64,000 nucleotides of DNA from Candidatus Bathyarchaeia archaeon. GTDB lineage: Archaea; Thermoproteota; Bathyarchaeia; Bathyarchaeales; Bathycorpusculaceae. The stretch's first letter is position 1, and each line of letters opens with the position of its first letter. Shown in pieces: positions 8,714 through 18,283 of the stretch. The stretch covers positions 150,490 through 214,489 of the forward strand of contig JAVZEV010000001.1 of assembly GCA_038873195.1 (NCBI GenBank). Reading direction: 5' to 3'. Both the position numbers and the translations under genes were made by a program. The notes under the pieces were generated by a model. The model was not told the DNA's origin, ran no database searches, and was given only the letters and a program-made list of their open reading frames with translations.

Positions 8714-9826
8714 GTGATATTAACGAATGAGTGTAATCTCGAGTGTAGGTACTGTTTTGGTGAGGCGGTTGAGGATGTCGTTGACGATTTTTCTGGGTTT
8801 GAGGTTGACTATCATTTGCCGAAAAAGATGAGTTATGATGTGGATGTTTTGAAGAGTTTTTGTGAGAAGGACCCTGATTGCGTTTTGACTTTTTATGGTG
8901 GAGAACCACTGTTATGCGTTGATAATATTAAGCGGATTATGGATTGTGTGAAGGCTAAGTATTTTATGGTTCAGACGAACGGTTTGCTTTTGGATAGGCT
9001 GGGGTCTTCTTATGTTAATCGTTTTCACACTATTCTTGTTTCGATAGATGGCGACGAAGCCTTAACGGATTTTTACAGGGGAAAGGGCGTTTTTCGGAAA
9101 GTTATTGAAAATTTGCGGCTGATTAAGCGGAATGGTTTTGGGGGTGAGTTGATTGCGCGTATGACGGTTATGGAGCAGACGGACATTTATGAGCAGGTTA
9201 GGTGGCTTGTGGATAATGCTGAGTTTCCGTTTTCTTCTGTGCATTGGCAATTAAACGCGGGTTTCTGGAGCAGCGATTTTGCGCGGAGAAACTTTCAGAA
9301 ATGGAGCGAAGAAAGCTATAATCCTGGGGTTCGTATGCTTGTTAAGTTTTGGGTTGATCACATGGAGAAGGCTGGACGTGTTTTGCGGCTTTATCCTTTT
9401 TTGGGCGTTGCGCATTCGTTTTTGTTTGATGAAAAGGCGAGTTTGTTGCGTTGTGGTGGAGGATGGATTAACTATGCGGTTCAGACGGATGGGTTTATTG
9501 TTCCTTGTCCGACGATGTGGGGAATGAAAAACTACTATTTAGGGCATATTAGCAGTGCGGAGCCTTTGAAGTTGCCGCGGGTTTTTGTTGGTGAACCATG
9601 CACCAAATGTGAGATTTACGGGGTTTGTGGAGGTCGTTGTTTGTATGCGAATGTTACGAAAAGGTGGAATAGTGAAGCTTACCGTTTAGTGTGCGGCACT
9701 GTGAAGAATTTGGTGGACGCAATAACTGATGAAATGCCAAGAATTAAAGGGCTTATTGAAAATGGAAGCGTAAGCCTAAAAGACTTCGAATTCATGAAAT
9801 ACAACGGATGCGAAATAATCCCATAG
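8714..9826 (+). CDS. Radical SAM protein with a C-terminal SPASM domain
   Basis: CNLECRYC (CX3CX2C) at the extreme N-terminus. SPASM-type cysteines CGGGW...VPCP and CTKCEIYGVCGGRC. GTG start, 27 nt after the MFS stop and in the same frame. Confidence 0.85.
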   Translation: MILTNECNLECRYCFGEAVEDVVDDFSGFEVDYHLPKKMSYDVDVLKSFCEKDPDCVLTFYGGEPLLCVDNIKRIMDCVKAKYFMVQTNGLLLDRLGSSYVNRFHTILVSIDGDEALTDFYRGKGVFRKVIENLRLIKRNGFGGELIARMTVMEQTDIYEQVRWLVDNAEFPFSSVHWQLNAGFWSSDFARRNFQKWSEESYNPGVRMLVKFWVDHMEKAGRVLRLYPFLGVAHSFLFDEKASLLRCGGGWINYAVQTDGFIVPCPTMWGMKNYYLGHISSAEPLKLPRVFVGEPCTKCEIYGVCGGRCLYANVTKRWNSEAYRLVCGTVKNLVDAITDEMPRIKGLIENGSVSLKDFEFMKYNGCEIIP

Positions 9827-10027
9827 TTTTTTATTGCATCCCTTATATGGCGGTTATTTTTGCTTTTTGAAGAAGGTTTAAATTTTCGTTTTCTTGATTG
9901 TGTCTCCTTAAAGTGCGATTGTGCTGCTTTTGTCGTATGCAAAATTGCGGAAACAATTTTAAGAATGTGCTGGTTTATAGCGGTATGGGCGCTCAGCTCG
10001 AGAGTTATTTAAGAGGAATGGACGGAG

Positions 10028-13012
10028 ATGATGAAGAATCAAAACGTAGAGAGGTTAAGTGTAAGCCAAGTTTCGAGCTGGGCTCTGCCAAACACCGAAG
10101 AGCTTCTAAGTCTACCAATTGATGAGCTTCTTGCTCGTTTAAACACTTCCATGTCTGGACTCTCTTCAGAAGAAGTGGAAGAACGCCTAAGAACATATGG
10201 TTACAACGAACTTGCCAAAAGAAAGAAGAGAACAGCTATTATCAATTTTCTTTCTCACTTCCGTAGTCCTTTGATAATTATATTATTGATTGCAGGGTTA
10301 ATTGCGGGTTTTCTTGGAGAGATTATAAACGTTGCAATTATATTTTCTATTGTTTTCGTGAGCGTTATACTTGACTTTTACCAAGAATCAAAAGCCGAAA
10401 AAGCTGCAGAAGCGCTGAAGGAAAAAGTAACCACAACTGCGACGGTTCTCAGAGACGGCGCCAAACAAGAAGTGAGACTTTCCGAGATTGTTCCAGGCGA
10501 TATCATATATCTTTCGGCTGGAGACATTGTGCCTGCAGATGCACGAGTCATCGCTGCAAAAGACCTATTCTTGAATCAGTCAGCGTTAACGGGAGAATCA
10601 TTTCCAGTAGAAAAAACATCTACACCAATAAAGGCAAAGGGAACAGCGCCCACAGAATGGAATAACTGCCTTTTTATGGGGACTTCAGTTGTAAGTGGGA
10701 CAGCAACAACTGTTGTGCTGAAAACTGGGAGTCACACAGAATATGGAAAAATCGCTAAAAGACTTGTCGAAAAAGAACCTGAAACAGAATTTGAAAGGGG
10801 AATCAAGGGTTTTGGTTTTCTAATAATGCAAGTCACCTTCCTTCTGGTGATGTTTGTTTTTTTCATAAACGCACTTTACAAGCGTGACGTTTTGGAGTCC
10901 CTCCTTTTTGCTGTGGCCTTGGCTGTTGGCTTGACGCCTGAACTTCTACCGATGATTATCACCGTAAACCTTTCCAAAGGAGCTCTTGCAATGTCTAAGA
11001 AAGGCGTTATCGTAAAGCGCCTAGCGGCTATCGAGAATTTCGGAAGCATGAATGTTTTATGTACCGATAAGACAGGTACGCTCACAGAGAACAAGATAAA
11101 GCTTGTATTGCATGTGGATATGGAAGGAAATGATGATGAAAAGGTGCTGTTGTACTCATTTCTGAACAGCTATCACCAGACAGGATTGAAAAGTCCACTC
11201 GATGAGGCTATACTTGGATATAAAGACATCGATGTGAAAGATTACCAGAAAATCGATGAAGTTCCATTCGATTTCATAAGAAGGCGAGTTTCTGTCGTTG
11301 TTGAGTATGAAAAACAGCGATATTTTATTGCTAAAGGAGCCCCTGAGGAGATAATCAAAGTATGTTCTTACTGTGAACATGGCGGCATGATTTCTGATTT
11401 AACAGACGAATTTCGCAGAAAAATTGATCAGAAATACTATGATTTGAGTGTTGAAGGGTTCAGAGTCTTAGCAGTTTCCTACAAGAAACTCAAGGAAGAG
11501 AAACCCGTATACTCTGTGAATGATGAGAGCGATATGGTGTTTTTAGGTTTTGTGGCGTTTCTTGACCCGCCTAAAGAAACAGCGCGGGAATCCTTGCAGT
11601 TATTAAGCAAGGCGGGAGTAGAACTAAAAATCCTCACCGGCGACAATGAATTAGTTACAAGGAAAGCATGTGCGCACTTAGATTTTGAAATCAAAGGAGT
11701 TGTCCTTGGAAGTGAAATTGCTCAGATGCATGATGATGCACTTTCTAGGGTTGTTGAAGAAGCAAACGTTTTTGCGAGAGTGACACCAGCCCAAAAAGAC
11801 AGAATAATTAATGCTTTAAAAAACAACGGACATGTGGTTGGCTTTTTAGGAGACGGAATCAACGACGCGCCTTCAATGAAGACCGCAGACATTGGCATAT
11901 CAGTAAATAACGCTGTGGACGTAGCCAAGGAATCTGCTGACATTATACTGCTGCAGAATGACCTGAGAATTCTTGATGAAGGCGTTTTAGAAGGGCGAAA
12001 AACTTTCGGCAACACTATGAAATACGTCATGATGGGAGTTAGTTCAAACTTCGGCAACATGTTCAGCGTCGCCGGAGCATCCCTTTTTCTGCCATTCTTG
12101 CCCATGCTTCCGATACAAATACTCTTAAACAATCTACTCTACGATTTCTCCCAGTCCACCATAACCACCGACAATGTAGATCCAGAATATGTTGAAAAAC
12201 CCAAACGATGGGACATTTCCTTCATAAGGAGATTTATGATATTCTTAGGACCGGTAAGCTCCATTTTTGACTTCCTAACATTCTTTATAATGCTACTTGT
12301 TTTCAACGCAACTGAGCCTCTGTTTCAAACAGCATGGTTTCTCGAGTCTTTATGTACACAAACCTTTGTCATATTTGTCATAAGAACAAGAAGAACGCCT
12401 TTCTACAAGAGCAAACCAAGCAGACTTTTACTTTTAAGCAGCCTAAGCATCGTTGGCTTTGCATTGATACTGCCATTCACGCCTTTAGGCGAATTATTCC
12501 ATTTTGTGCAACCACCGTTCACGTTTTTCCTAGTCTTAGCGGCATTGATTGGCGCTTACTTAGTGTTAACTGAAACCGTCAAAAAGTGGTTCTATAAACG
12601 ATATGCTTACCGCTTGGAGCAAGTTTTGATTCCGGCAAGACGAGCTGGACTTTACTTCAGCAAGACCGCAAGACTTGTTCAGGATATGGTGGCCATAATC
12701 TGCTTGCGTGCTGAAGACGAGATTTCCATCGATTCCTTATTAGCTGATCTAACACGAGGCGTAAGCTATCCTTTCGACATGGACCAAGTAGGCCATAACA
12801 TTCAACATCTAAGACGTGCAGGGCTCATTAGTATTAATTGGCGTCAAAGGACAATAAAACGAGAAAAGCCTATGAAAGACTATATAACGAAACAGGTGAT
12901 GACAAGCCAATTTTGGCCAAAAATAGCTGAAGATTGGCGAAAAATCAGCGACATCATTCAAGAGAAATACAAGAAAGTGAATACAGAATATCAGAACCTT
13001 TTATCTTCATAA
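10028..13012 (+). CDS. mgtA: Mg2+-importing P-type ATPase (MgtA-type) with an extra 133-aa C-terminal tail
   Basis: TGES, DKTGTLTEN, GLTPELLPMI, GDGINDAPSMK. Ten predicted TM helices, then a soluble extension. Confidence 0.85.
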   Translation: MMKNQNVERLSVSQVSSWALPNTEELLSLPIDELLARLNTSMSGLSSEEVEERLRTYGYNELAKRKKRTAIINFLSHFRSPLIIILLIAGLIAGFLGEIINVAIIFSIVFVSVILDFYQESKAEKAAEALKEKVTTTATVLRDGAKQEVRLSEIVPGDIIYLSAGDIVPADARVIAAKDLFLNQSALTGESFPVEKTSTPIKAKGTAPTEWNNCLFMGTSVVSGTATTVVLKTGSHTEYGKIAKRLVEKEPETEFERGIKGFGFLIMQVTFLLVMFVFFINALYKRDVLESLLFAVALAVGLTPELLPMIITVNLSKGALAMSKKGVIVKRLAAIENFGSMNVLCTDKTGTLTENKIKLVLHVDMEGNDDEKVLLYSFLNSYHQTGLKSPLDEAILGYKDIDVKDYQKIDEVPFDFIRRRVSVVVEYEKQRYFIAKGAPEEIIKVCSYCEHGGMISDLTDEFRRKIDQKYYDLSVEGFRVLAVSYKKLKEEKPVYSVNDESDMVFLGFVAFLDPPKETARESLQLLSKAGVELKILTGDNELVTRKACAHLDFEIKGVVLGSEIAQMHDDALSRVVEEANVFARVTPAQKDRIINALKNNGHVVGFLGDGINDAPSMKTADIGISVNNAVDVAKESADIILLQNDLRILDEGVLEGRKTFGNTMKYVMMGVSSNFGNMFSVAGASLFLPFLPMLPIQILLNNLLYDFSQSTITTDNVDPEYVEKPKRWDISFIRRFMIFLGPVSSIFDFLTFFIMLLVFNATEPLFQTAWFLESLCTQTFVIFVIRTRRTPFYKSKPSRLLLLSSLSIVGFALILPFTPLGELFHFVQPPFTFFLVLAALIGAYLVLTETVKKWFYKRYAYRLEQVLIPARRAGLYFSKTARLVQDMVAIICLRAEDEISIDSLLADLTRGVSYPFDMDQVGHNIQHLRRAGLISINWRQRTIKREKPMKDYITKQVMTSQFWPKIAEDWRKISDIIQEKYKKVNTEYQNLLSS

Positions 13013-13372
13013 AAGTCAGAGAGAGATTCCTAGCACAGTTTCAGGAAAGAAAAATGTCGCAGTACCTTTTATAGAAATTTAGTACGGGCAAATCCTGAGA
13101 ATTTGAACTAATGTTACCTCGTTTTTAAGAGGATTATTCACGTTTTATGTAGACTTGAAACACATTTTTAGGCATTTTTTGAAAAAGAGGGGCTATGCGG
13201 GAGACATCTCCACTTATGGCGAATTTGATTTTAATTCTTATTAAGCAAATAGAAAAATTCTAGCGTAAAGTCTACCACAGTTTCAACGTATTTATAAGGG
13301 GGTATAACTTCCGCAGAGAGCTTAAAAACAAGCAAAATTCAAGGTATGATTTCGAAAAGATATGAAATAGTC

Positions 13373-14611
13373 CTATGATTCATTTGTTTGATTTGTAATG
13401 TTTGTTTCTATTTGCACGTCGTCTTTATCGAAAATTAAGTATGTTACAACGTTTGTTTTATCTATCCCATGCCAATTATACGTGTTTCCTATTGAAACCA
13501 GCTTTTGTGTAGGTGCCACAACATTAAAGCCATCATAGTTGAAGTTGTTTTCGAATAATGCTCCAATTAACGTTATAGTTTCCGCACATGGATTCAATTG
13601 ACTGTAAATGTTTGGACTGTTATCCGTGTAAAACATGCCGCCTACCACAGTAAGCTTTGAAATCATCCGATTCCTTACGAGTATGTTTGGAGCATCATCG
13701 CCTAAACCATTCTCCACCCAACAATTCGTCAACTCCAAAACTGGCAAAAGCGCGTTTTCTCCAGTTCCACCTCCAACAACAATGTGCGCTTCCAACTCAT
13801 CACTCCACACGCTTTTGCTTGCCAAAAGACAATTAGCCAATTTCAACTCCGCCACATTCTTCGCGTATACGTCTGCTTTTCTATGAAAACCGAACAAGCA
13901 ATGGATTAGGTTTATTTGACCACCCGTTCTATAACCCTCACCAGCGTCGCCAATTTTGACGCCGTACTCTGTTACTGTGTCTGAAGCGTCGTTGGTTATT
14001 CTTCCATCAATCCAACAGTTAAAAAGCAACGTGTCTTCGCAACCTGTTAAGTCTATATTAGCGAATTTGGCACCCCAAATTTTGCAATTCCTAATTTGAT
14101 GAACAGGCACTTGACTTGGCATGCGCATGGCATCTATGCATTTTTCAGCTAAACCATTACCATTAATGAACAACCCATCTAAATGTGCATATCTTACATT
14201 ACGTATGTCGAAAATCGCAAGCATCGGTTCAACAGCAACTATTTCGGCACCGTCGCTTATTATGTAAAAATCTTCTTTCAACGGAATTATAGACTCTGTG
14301 ACGTAGAACTTTTGCTTTTTGAGATAAATACAAGAAAAACCAGCATCCAAAGCTTCTTGGATATTTTCATATTCTTCGCCAACTCCCACAACAATTTCAG
14401 CAGTTAACGATGCGTTTATCGAAAATTCACTGTATCGCTCATAACCTTTAGGTATCCAGCCTTCGTAATCTTCGAAGAACGTAAAGGTAGATTTGCTGTC
14501 GTCGCTGTGTGAGTTATAGTTTGCCGTAGGCGCAGCATAACTGATAAGCAATAGAAAAAACATTGAAACCACTGCGAATGCTGTGAAACGATAGCCTAGC
14601 TTAGACTGCAT
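13373..14611 (-). CDS. Secreted or anchored right-handed beta-helix repeat protein
   Basis: N-terminal hydrophobic segment FTAFAVVSMFFLLLISYAA. Repeated NC-x-[ILVW] turns (IRNCKIW, LFNCWIDG, LANCLLAS, LTNCWVENG) typical of parallel beta-helix repeats. Confidence 0.45.
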   Translation of the reverse strand: MQSKLGYRFTAFAVVSMFFLLLISYAAPTANYNSHSDDSKSTFTFFEDYEGWIPKGYERYSEFSINASLTAEIVVGVGEEYENIQEALDAGFSCIYLKKQKFYVTESIIPLKEDFYIISDGAEIVAVEPMLAIFDIRNVRYAHLDGLFINGNGLAEKCIDAMRMPSQVPVHQIRNCKIWGAKFANIDLTGCEDTLLFNCWIDGRITNDASDTVTEYGVKIGDAGEGYRTGGQINLIHCLFGFHRKADVYAKNVAELKLANCLLASKSVWSDELEAHIVVGGGTGENALLPVLELTNCWVENGLGDDAPNILVRNRMISKLTVVGGMFYTDNSPNIYSQLNPCAETITLIGALFENNFNYDGFNVVAPTQKLVSIGNTYNWHGIDKTNVVTYLIFDKDDVQIETNITNQTNES

Positions 14612-14734
14612 CAGTCATTCCAAAAAGCAACTCGCCTGCTAACATGGTAAGGTTTTGTATGTAAGCAGTCCGCACTCACAGAAACACAGCGACTTGCCAA
14701 AATCTTAATTTGCCCATTCCCCAATTGTGAATCG

Positions 14735-15070
14735 GTGAACGGCTTGTCTGTAACCCTACGCGACGCCCAGCATCTTTGTTGGAAAAACTTCCGCAAAATT
14801 AACGATAAACTCGACCCAGAACGAGGCAAAAACTGGACACCCTTTGTAATGGTCACTGATTTACTGGAAGAAGCAGGCGAAGTAGCCGCTGTAGTTAAGG
14901 GTTTAGAAGGTTATAAGCCGCCGGAAAAGCCGAAGACTAAAGAAATGCTTGCCACGGAGCTTTCTGATTTGTTATACATTATTTTTGTTCTTGCTGAGCA
15001 TTACGGCATCGAACTGGAAGAAGCTTTTCTGCAAACAGTGAACGATTACATGTTACGCTTCATTAAATAG
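14735..15070 (+). CDS. MazG-like nucleotide pyrophosphohydrolase domain protein
   Basis: LLEEAGEVAAVVKG...ELSDLLYIIFVLAEHYGIELEEAF, the typical EExxE/helical MazG core. Confidence 0.65.
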   Translation: MNGLSVTLRDAQHLCWKNFRKINDKLDPERGKNWTPFVMVTDLLEEAGEVAAVVKGLEGYKPPEKPKTKEMLATELSDLLYIIFVLAEHYGIELEEAFLQTVNDYMLRFIK

Positions 15071-15090
15071 GGAAAAACGTTCTCAAAGGT

Positions 15091-15492
15091 CTAAGCTTCA
15101 GAAAGCTTCAAGACAAGCTTTTTAACTCTTCTTTCAATCTCGTCTCTGATTTCACGAACTTTCTCTATAGGCTTTCCTTTCGGGTCTTCAAGCTCCCAAT
15201 CAGTTACCTTGTTCAGCAGTGGCGCTGGACATATACCTTCGGCACCGCATCCCATAACAATTATCATATCTGCTTCTTGAACCATTTTTGTGCTAAGAAG
15301 TTTCGGCTTGTTTCGTGATATGTCAATTCCCTTTTCACGCATGGCTTGAACAACAACCTGGTTAACCTCTTTAGAAGGCATTGTTCCCGCACTTACTGCC
15401 TCAATTTTGCCTTTTCCATAATGATGCGCAAAGGCTTCAGCCATTTGGCTTCTGCCGGCATTCTCAACACAAACGAAAAGAACTTTTTTCAC
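15091..15492 (-). CDS. arsC: Arsenate reductase, LMW-PTPase (thioredoxin-coupled) type
   Basis: CX5R P-loop VLFVCVENAGRSQMAEA. Downstream Cys pair in MGCGAEGIC. Confidence 0.85.
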   Translation of the reverse strand: MKKVLFVCVENAGRSQMAEAFAHHYGKGKIEAVSAGTMPSKEVNQVVVQAMREKGIDISRNKPKLLSTKMVQEADMIIVMGCGAEGICPAPLLNKVTDWELEDPKGKPIEKVREIRDEIERRVKKLVLKLSEA

Positions 15493-15540
15493 GTTTCTTC
15501 ACTCGCACTTTACCTTTGTATGTCGTGTCTTTTAAGTTTG

Positions 15541-15891
15541 TTATCTTTTGCTTTCGCAGTCCATGCAAATATTGGCTTCTCTGTTAGTCCAGAAAGTTTT
15601 GCCACACTTGGCGCAAGTAGTTTTGCGCAACAGCCCCTTATCTCCAGACTTAACCATAGCAAAGGCAAATTCTCTTTTTGGAAAACTTATCGCTTTTTTA
15701 TGGCACAATGGCTCACATGCCGTGCAACCGTTTACGCACTTAAACGGATAAGCAACAACAGCTTTCCCATTCTCAAAAATGAAAACGCCATTAGGACAAA
15801 ATTCTACGCATTTGGGCTTACCGAAACTGGCGCAACCGTCGCATTTTTCCGTAAAAACTGTTGGATACCACGGCATTGAAGATTTTGCCAT
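15541..15891 (-). CDS. 4Fe-4S ferredoxin-type protein with a C-terminal zinc-ribbon tail
   Basis: CDGCASFGKPKCVEFCP and CVNGCTACEPLC cluster motifs. C-terminal CAKCGKTFWTNREANICMDC. Confidence 0.6.
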   Translation of the reverse strand: MAKSSMPWYPTVFTEKCDGCASFGKPKCVEFCPNGVFIFENGKAVVAYPFKCVNGCTACEPLCHKKAISFPKREFAFAMVKSGDKGLLRKTTCAKCGKTFWTNREANICMDCESKR

Positions 15892-16094
15892 TAAGGCTTT
15901 TCACCCTTCTCGGATTTTCTTCGGCAATCAAAGCAGTATTCCGTTTCAAAATTTGCCAAAAAAGTTTTTCCACACTCTTTGCATTTTACTTCTTTAAGCA
16001 TTCCCTCTTTTATCGGCGAAACCGATTTCAAAACATCTACTGCAGCTTGCGTGCACGCACATGAGGATTTCTTTTCTGTCTTTTCGCCCTTCAT
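15891..16094 (-). CDS. Small zinc-ribbon protein
   Basis: 67 aa. CKECGKTFLANFETEYCFDC is paralogous to the tail of the downstream ferredoxin-type ORF. Its stop overlaps the next start (ATGA). Confidence 0.45.
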   Translation of the reverse strand: MKGEKTEKKSSCACTQAAVDVLKSVSPIKEGMLKEVKCKECGKTFLANFETEYCFDCRRKSEKGEKP

Positions 16095-16097
16095 AGA

Positions 16098-17135
16098 CTA
16101 CAGCGACCCACTTAAAAAGCCATATAACAACCCGAATATTACACTGCCAGCCCAAGCAATAAGTATGTATGTTAAAACAACTTTCCACTTGGCTATTCGC
16201 GAAACAGCCAAAGCATTTGCAACATCATATGGCTGTCCCATAAGCCAACTAAGCAACGCACCTTTTGACATGCCCAAAGCGTACATTCCTCTTCCAAGAA
16301 CAATTTCGACCAATGTTGGCGTATATAATGGTCCGCCAATAACGGATGCAAGAAACACGCCCGTTACGCCTGTCAGATAAGTGCCAACTATGTCTTCGGG
16401 CAGGTAAGCTTCCACGTAACCAACCACAATTAAGCCCGCGATAAAGAAGGGCAAAATTTGCTTTGCCAAATACGCCGCAAATTTTAATGATGCCCAAAGT
16501 CTTTCATCTAATGGCAGCTTAACTACTTCGACTGATGCTTTGCCAGTCGGAGCGTTTAGTTGATGTTCCTTTTCTATTGCCTTTCCCCACGGAGTCTTCG
16601 ACATTATTATGCCTGCAGTTAAAGCAACAACAACCGACGCTATTATGCGCACTCCAGCAAGTTCCCAAGATATTAACTCTCCAGTTAATAGAATACTCAA
16701 TATGTTAGCAGCTGGAGCCATAAGCAGAAAGGTGATGGCCGGACCGATTCCTGCTCCAGCGAAGAGCACACCCGCAAACAACGGAACCATCGTGCATGAA
16801 CAAACGGTCAAGAAAGGCGCCATTCCAAGAGCAAGCCCATACCCCGCGACCTTCCCGCTGCCCATATATTTTGTTATTGCCTCTTTCGGCACAAACTCGT
16901 AAACCAGCCCAGCTGCAACAAACGCGAACAGAAGACATATCCATCCGTGGCTGAAGTAGTCGATAAGATATGCAATCGGGATTTCCCATATGGCTAGACC
17001 GTGAAAATCAGCTGGCTTCATCGTTGGCGCAAGCGAATAAGCCATTATACGACTGTAGATTAGTAAGCCGATGACTGTAAATACAAAAAGCAAGAGTATT
17101 GCTGTTCGAATACTTCTGACTGTTTTTTCGTCCAT
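16098..17135 (-). CDS. Permease of the COG0701 / ArsP-like family
   Basis: 345-aa polytopic protein. It sits immediately downstream of a thioredoxin-fold CxxC protein and next to ArsR, which is the usual context of this permease family. Confidence 0.7.
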   Translation of the reverse strand: MDEKTVRSIRTAILLLFVFTVIGLLIYSRIMAYSLAPTMKPADFHGLAIWEIPIAYLIDYFSHGWICLLFAFVAAGLVYEFVPKEAITKYMGSGKVAGYGLALGMAPFLTVCSCTMVPLFAGVLFAGAGIGPAITFLLMAPAANILSILLTGELISWELAGVRIIASVVVALTAGIIMSKTPWGKAIEKEHQLNAPTGKASVEVVKLPLDERLWASLKFAAYLAKQILPFFIAGLIVVGYVEAYLPEDIVGTYLTGVTGVFLASVIGGPLYTPTLVEIVLGRGMYALGMSKGALLSWLMGQPYDVANALAVSRIAKWKVVLTYILIAWAGSVIFGLLYGFLSGSL

Positions 17136-17148
17136 AATCTTTCCGGCT

Positions 17149-17421
17149 CTACTTTGCGGTTTCTCTTATCAATTTTTCAATTTCATCTTCTTTTGGAATT
17201 CTTCCCATAATTTTTACAGTGTTGTTTATGGCTATGGCTGGAGAAACCAGAACGCCATATTTGCCCACTATTTCTTTTGACATTATGTTAGCCTTTTTAA
17301 TCTCCACTTTAATTTCCGACTGCTTTAGTTTTTCAGCAGCTTTTTCCACTACCTTCTTTGCCGCTTGACACCGCATGCACGGCGGTTCAGGTCCGATAAC
17401 TTCCACTTTTACTTCCTTCAT
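17149..17421 (-). CDS. Thioredoxin-fold redox-active disulfide protein
   Basis: MKEVKVEVIGPEPPCMRCQAAKK (CxxC). About 90 aa. Start M13 of the track ORF follows GGTGAG. Confidence 0.75.
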   Translation of the reverse strand: MKEVKVEVIGPEPPCMRCQAAKKVVEKAAEKLKQSEIKVEIKKANIMSKEIVGKYGVLVSPAIAINNTVKIMGRIPKEDEIEKLIRETAK

Positions 17422-17454
17422 GTTCTCACCTTGCTTGATTATTGAGAAACATAA

Positions 17455-17470
17455 CAATATTTAAATATTG
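17455..17470. promoter_or_regulatory. Perfect 16-bp palindrome CAATATTTAAATATTG in the divergent promoter region. Candidate bidirectional TATA element and/or ArsR operator.
   Basis: Read directly. Related TAACAATA..TTTAAATA sequences recur at about 18875-18886 and about 19339-19357, upstream of the next two transcription units. Confidence 0.4.
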
Positions 17471-17472
17471 CT

Positions 17473-17814
17473 ATGGACTTTGCTTTAAACATGCATCCCC
17501 AAACAAAAAACACAAACAAGTTCAAGGCTAAAATTTTCAATGCACTCGCTGACCCAATTAGGCTTGAGATTCTGGAGTGCTTACGCAATGGCGAGAGATG
17601 TGTGTGCGAAATTATTCCACACTTGGGAATTGCGCAACCTCTTGTTTCCCGACATTTGGCAATCCTGAAAAATTGCGGACTTGTAACGCATAGAAAGAAG
17701 GGAAACCGAAGGTTTTATTCAGTTACTGACCCAGAAGTTTTTCATATAATTGACGCTATTACCGCAGACTTGGTGGATGCGCTTTCGAAACGTGTTATTG
17801 AACAGATAGTTTAG
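17473..17814 (+). CDS. arsR: ArsR/SmtB family transcriptional regulator
   Basis: ALADPIRLEILECLRNGERCVCEI...QPLVSRHLAILKNCGLV. Confidence 0.85.
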   Translation: MDFALNMHPQTKNTNKFKAKIFNALADPIRLEILECLRNGERCVCEIIPHLGIAQPLVSRHLAILKNCGLVTHRKKGNRRFYSVTDPEVFHIIDAITADLVDALSKRVIEQIV

Positions 17815-17833
17815 TAAGAGGCGAAAATGGAAA

Positions 17834-18283
17834 ATGTCGAAAGAGGGAGAATGGCAAGAAGGAATGCCAACACATGAGACCATACTATTCTCTTGTTTTG
17901 GCGGTTTATCAAACACCGGAATAACAAGCGCTTTAGCGTGCTTGGAGGCTGTAAAGGAGCTTGGCTTGGCGAAAGTGGCTATTGGCTGTTTGCCTTCTGT
18001 GCCGTTAGGTGTGAAACCAGTCTTGGGAAAGGCTAAAGCTGCGAAGAAAATCATAACGGTGGATGGTTGTCCTTTTGAGTGTGCAAAGAAAACTGTAGAA
18101 AATGCTGGCTTTAAAATTGCTAGAAGTATCGTGCTGGTCAGAGACATCGGCATGAAAAAAGTGGCTTTGCACACCGACATCGGCAAAGGCTTAGGAGTTG
18201 AAAAATACATCAGTCAAGAAGACATAAACAAAGCCAAAAAACTAATCATAAAATCAATTCTGGAGAAAACAGATGAGCGGTAA
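17834..18283 (+). CDS. DGC-domain (putative zinc-binding) protein
   Basis: ILFSCFGGLSNTG...ITVDGCPFECAKK, matching the DGC family signature. ars-island context. Confidence 0.55.
   Translation: MSKEGEWQEGMPTHETILFSCFGGLSNTGITSALACLEAVKELGLAKVAIGCLPSVPLGVKPVLGKAKAAKKIITVDGCPFECAKKTVENAGFKIARSIVLVRDIGMKKVALHTDIGKGLGVEKYISQEDINKAKKLIIKSILEKTDER

Noticed and set aside
9898-10122. A Cys-rich 74-aa ORF (CLLKVRLCCFCRMQNCG...) downstream of the radical SAM/SPASM gene, considered as a possible precursor peptide.
   Set aside because: It needs a TTG start with no visible RBS. It overlaps the mgtA start in another frame. Its C-terminal half is just out-of-frame mgtA sequence.
13013-13372. A 360-bp spacer between convergent genes (mgtA and the beta-helix protein), screened for an ncRNA or small ORF.
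   Set aside because: I found only short hairpins (GGAGA-CA-TCTCC), a 10-bp repeat (CACAGTTTCA, twice), and ORFs of 22 codons or fewer with no RBS. Nothing is specific enough to call.
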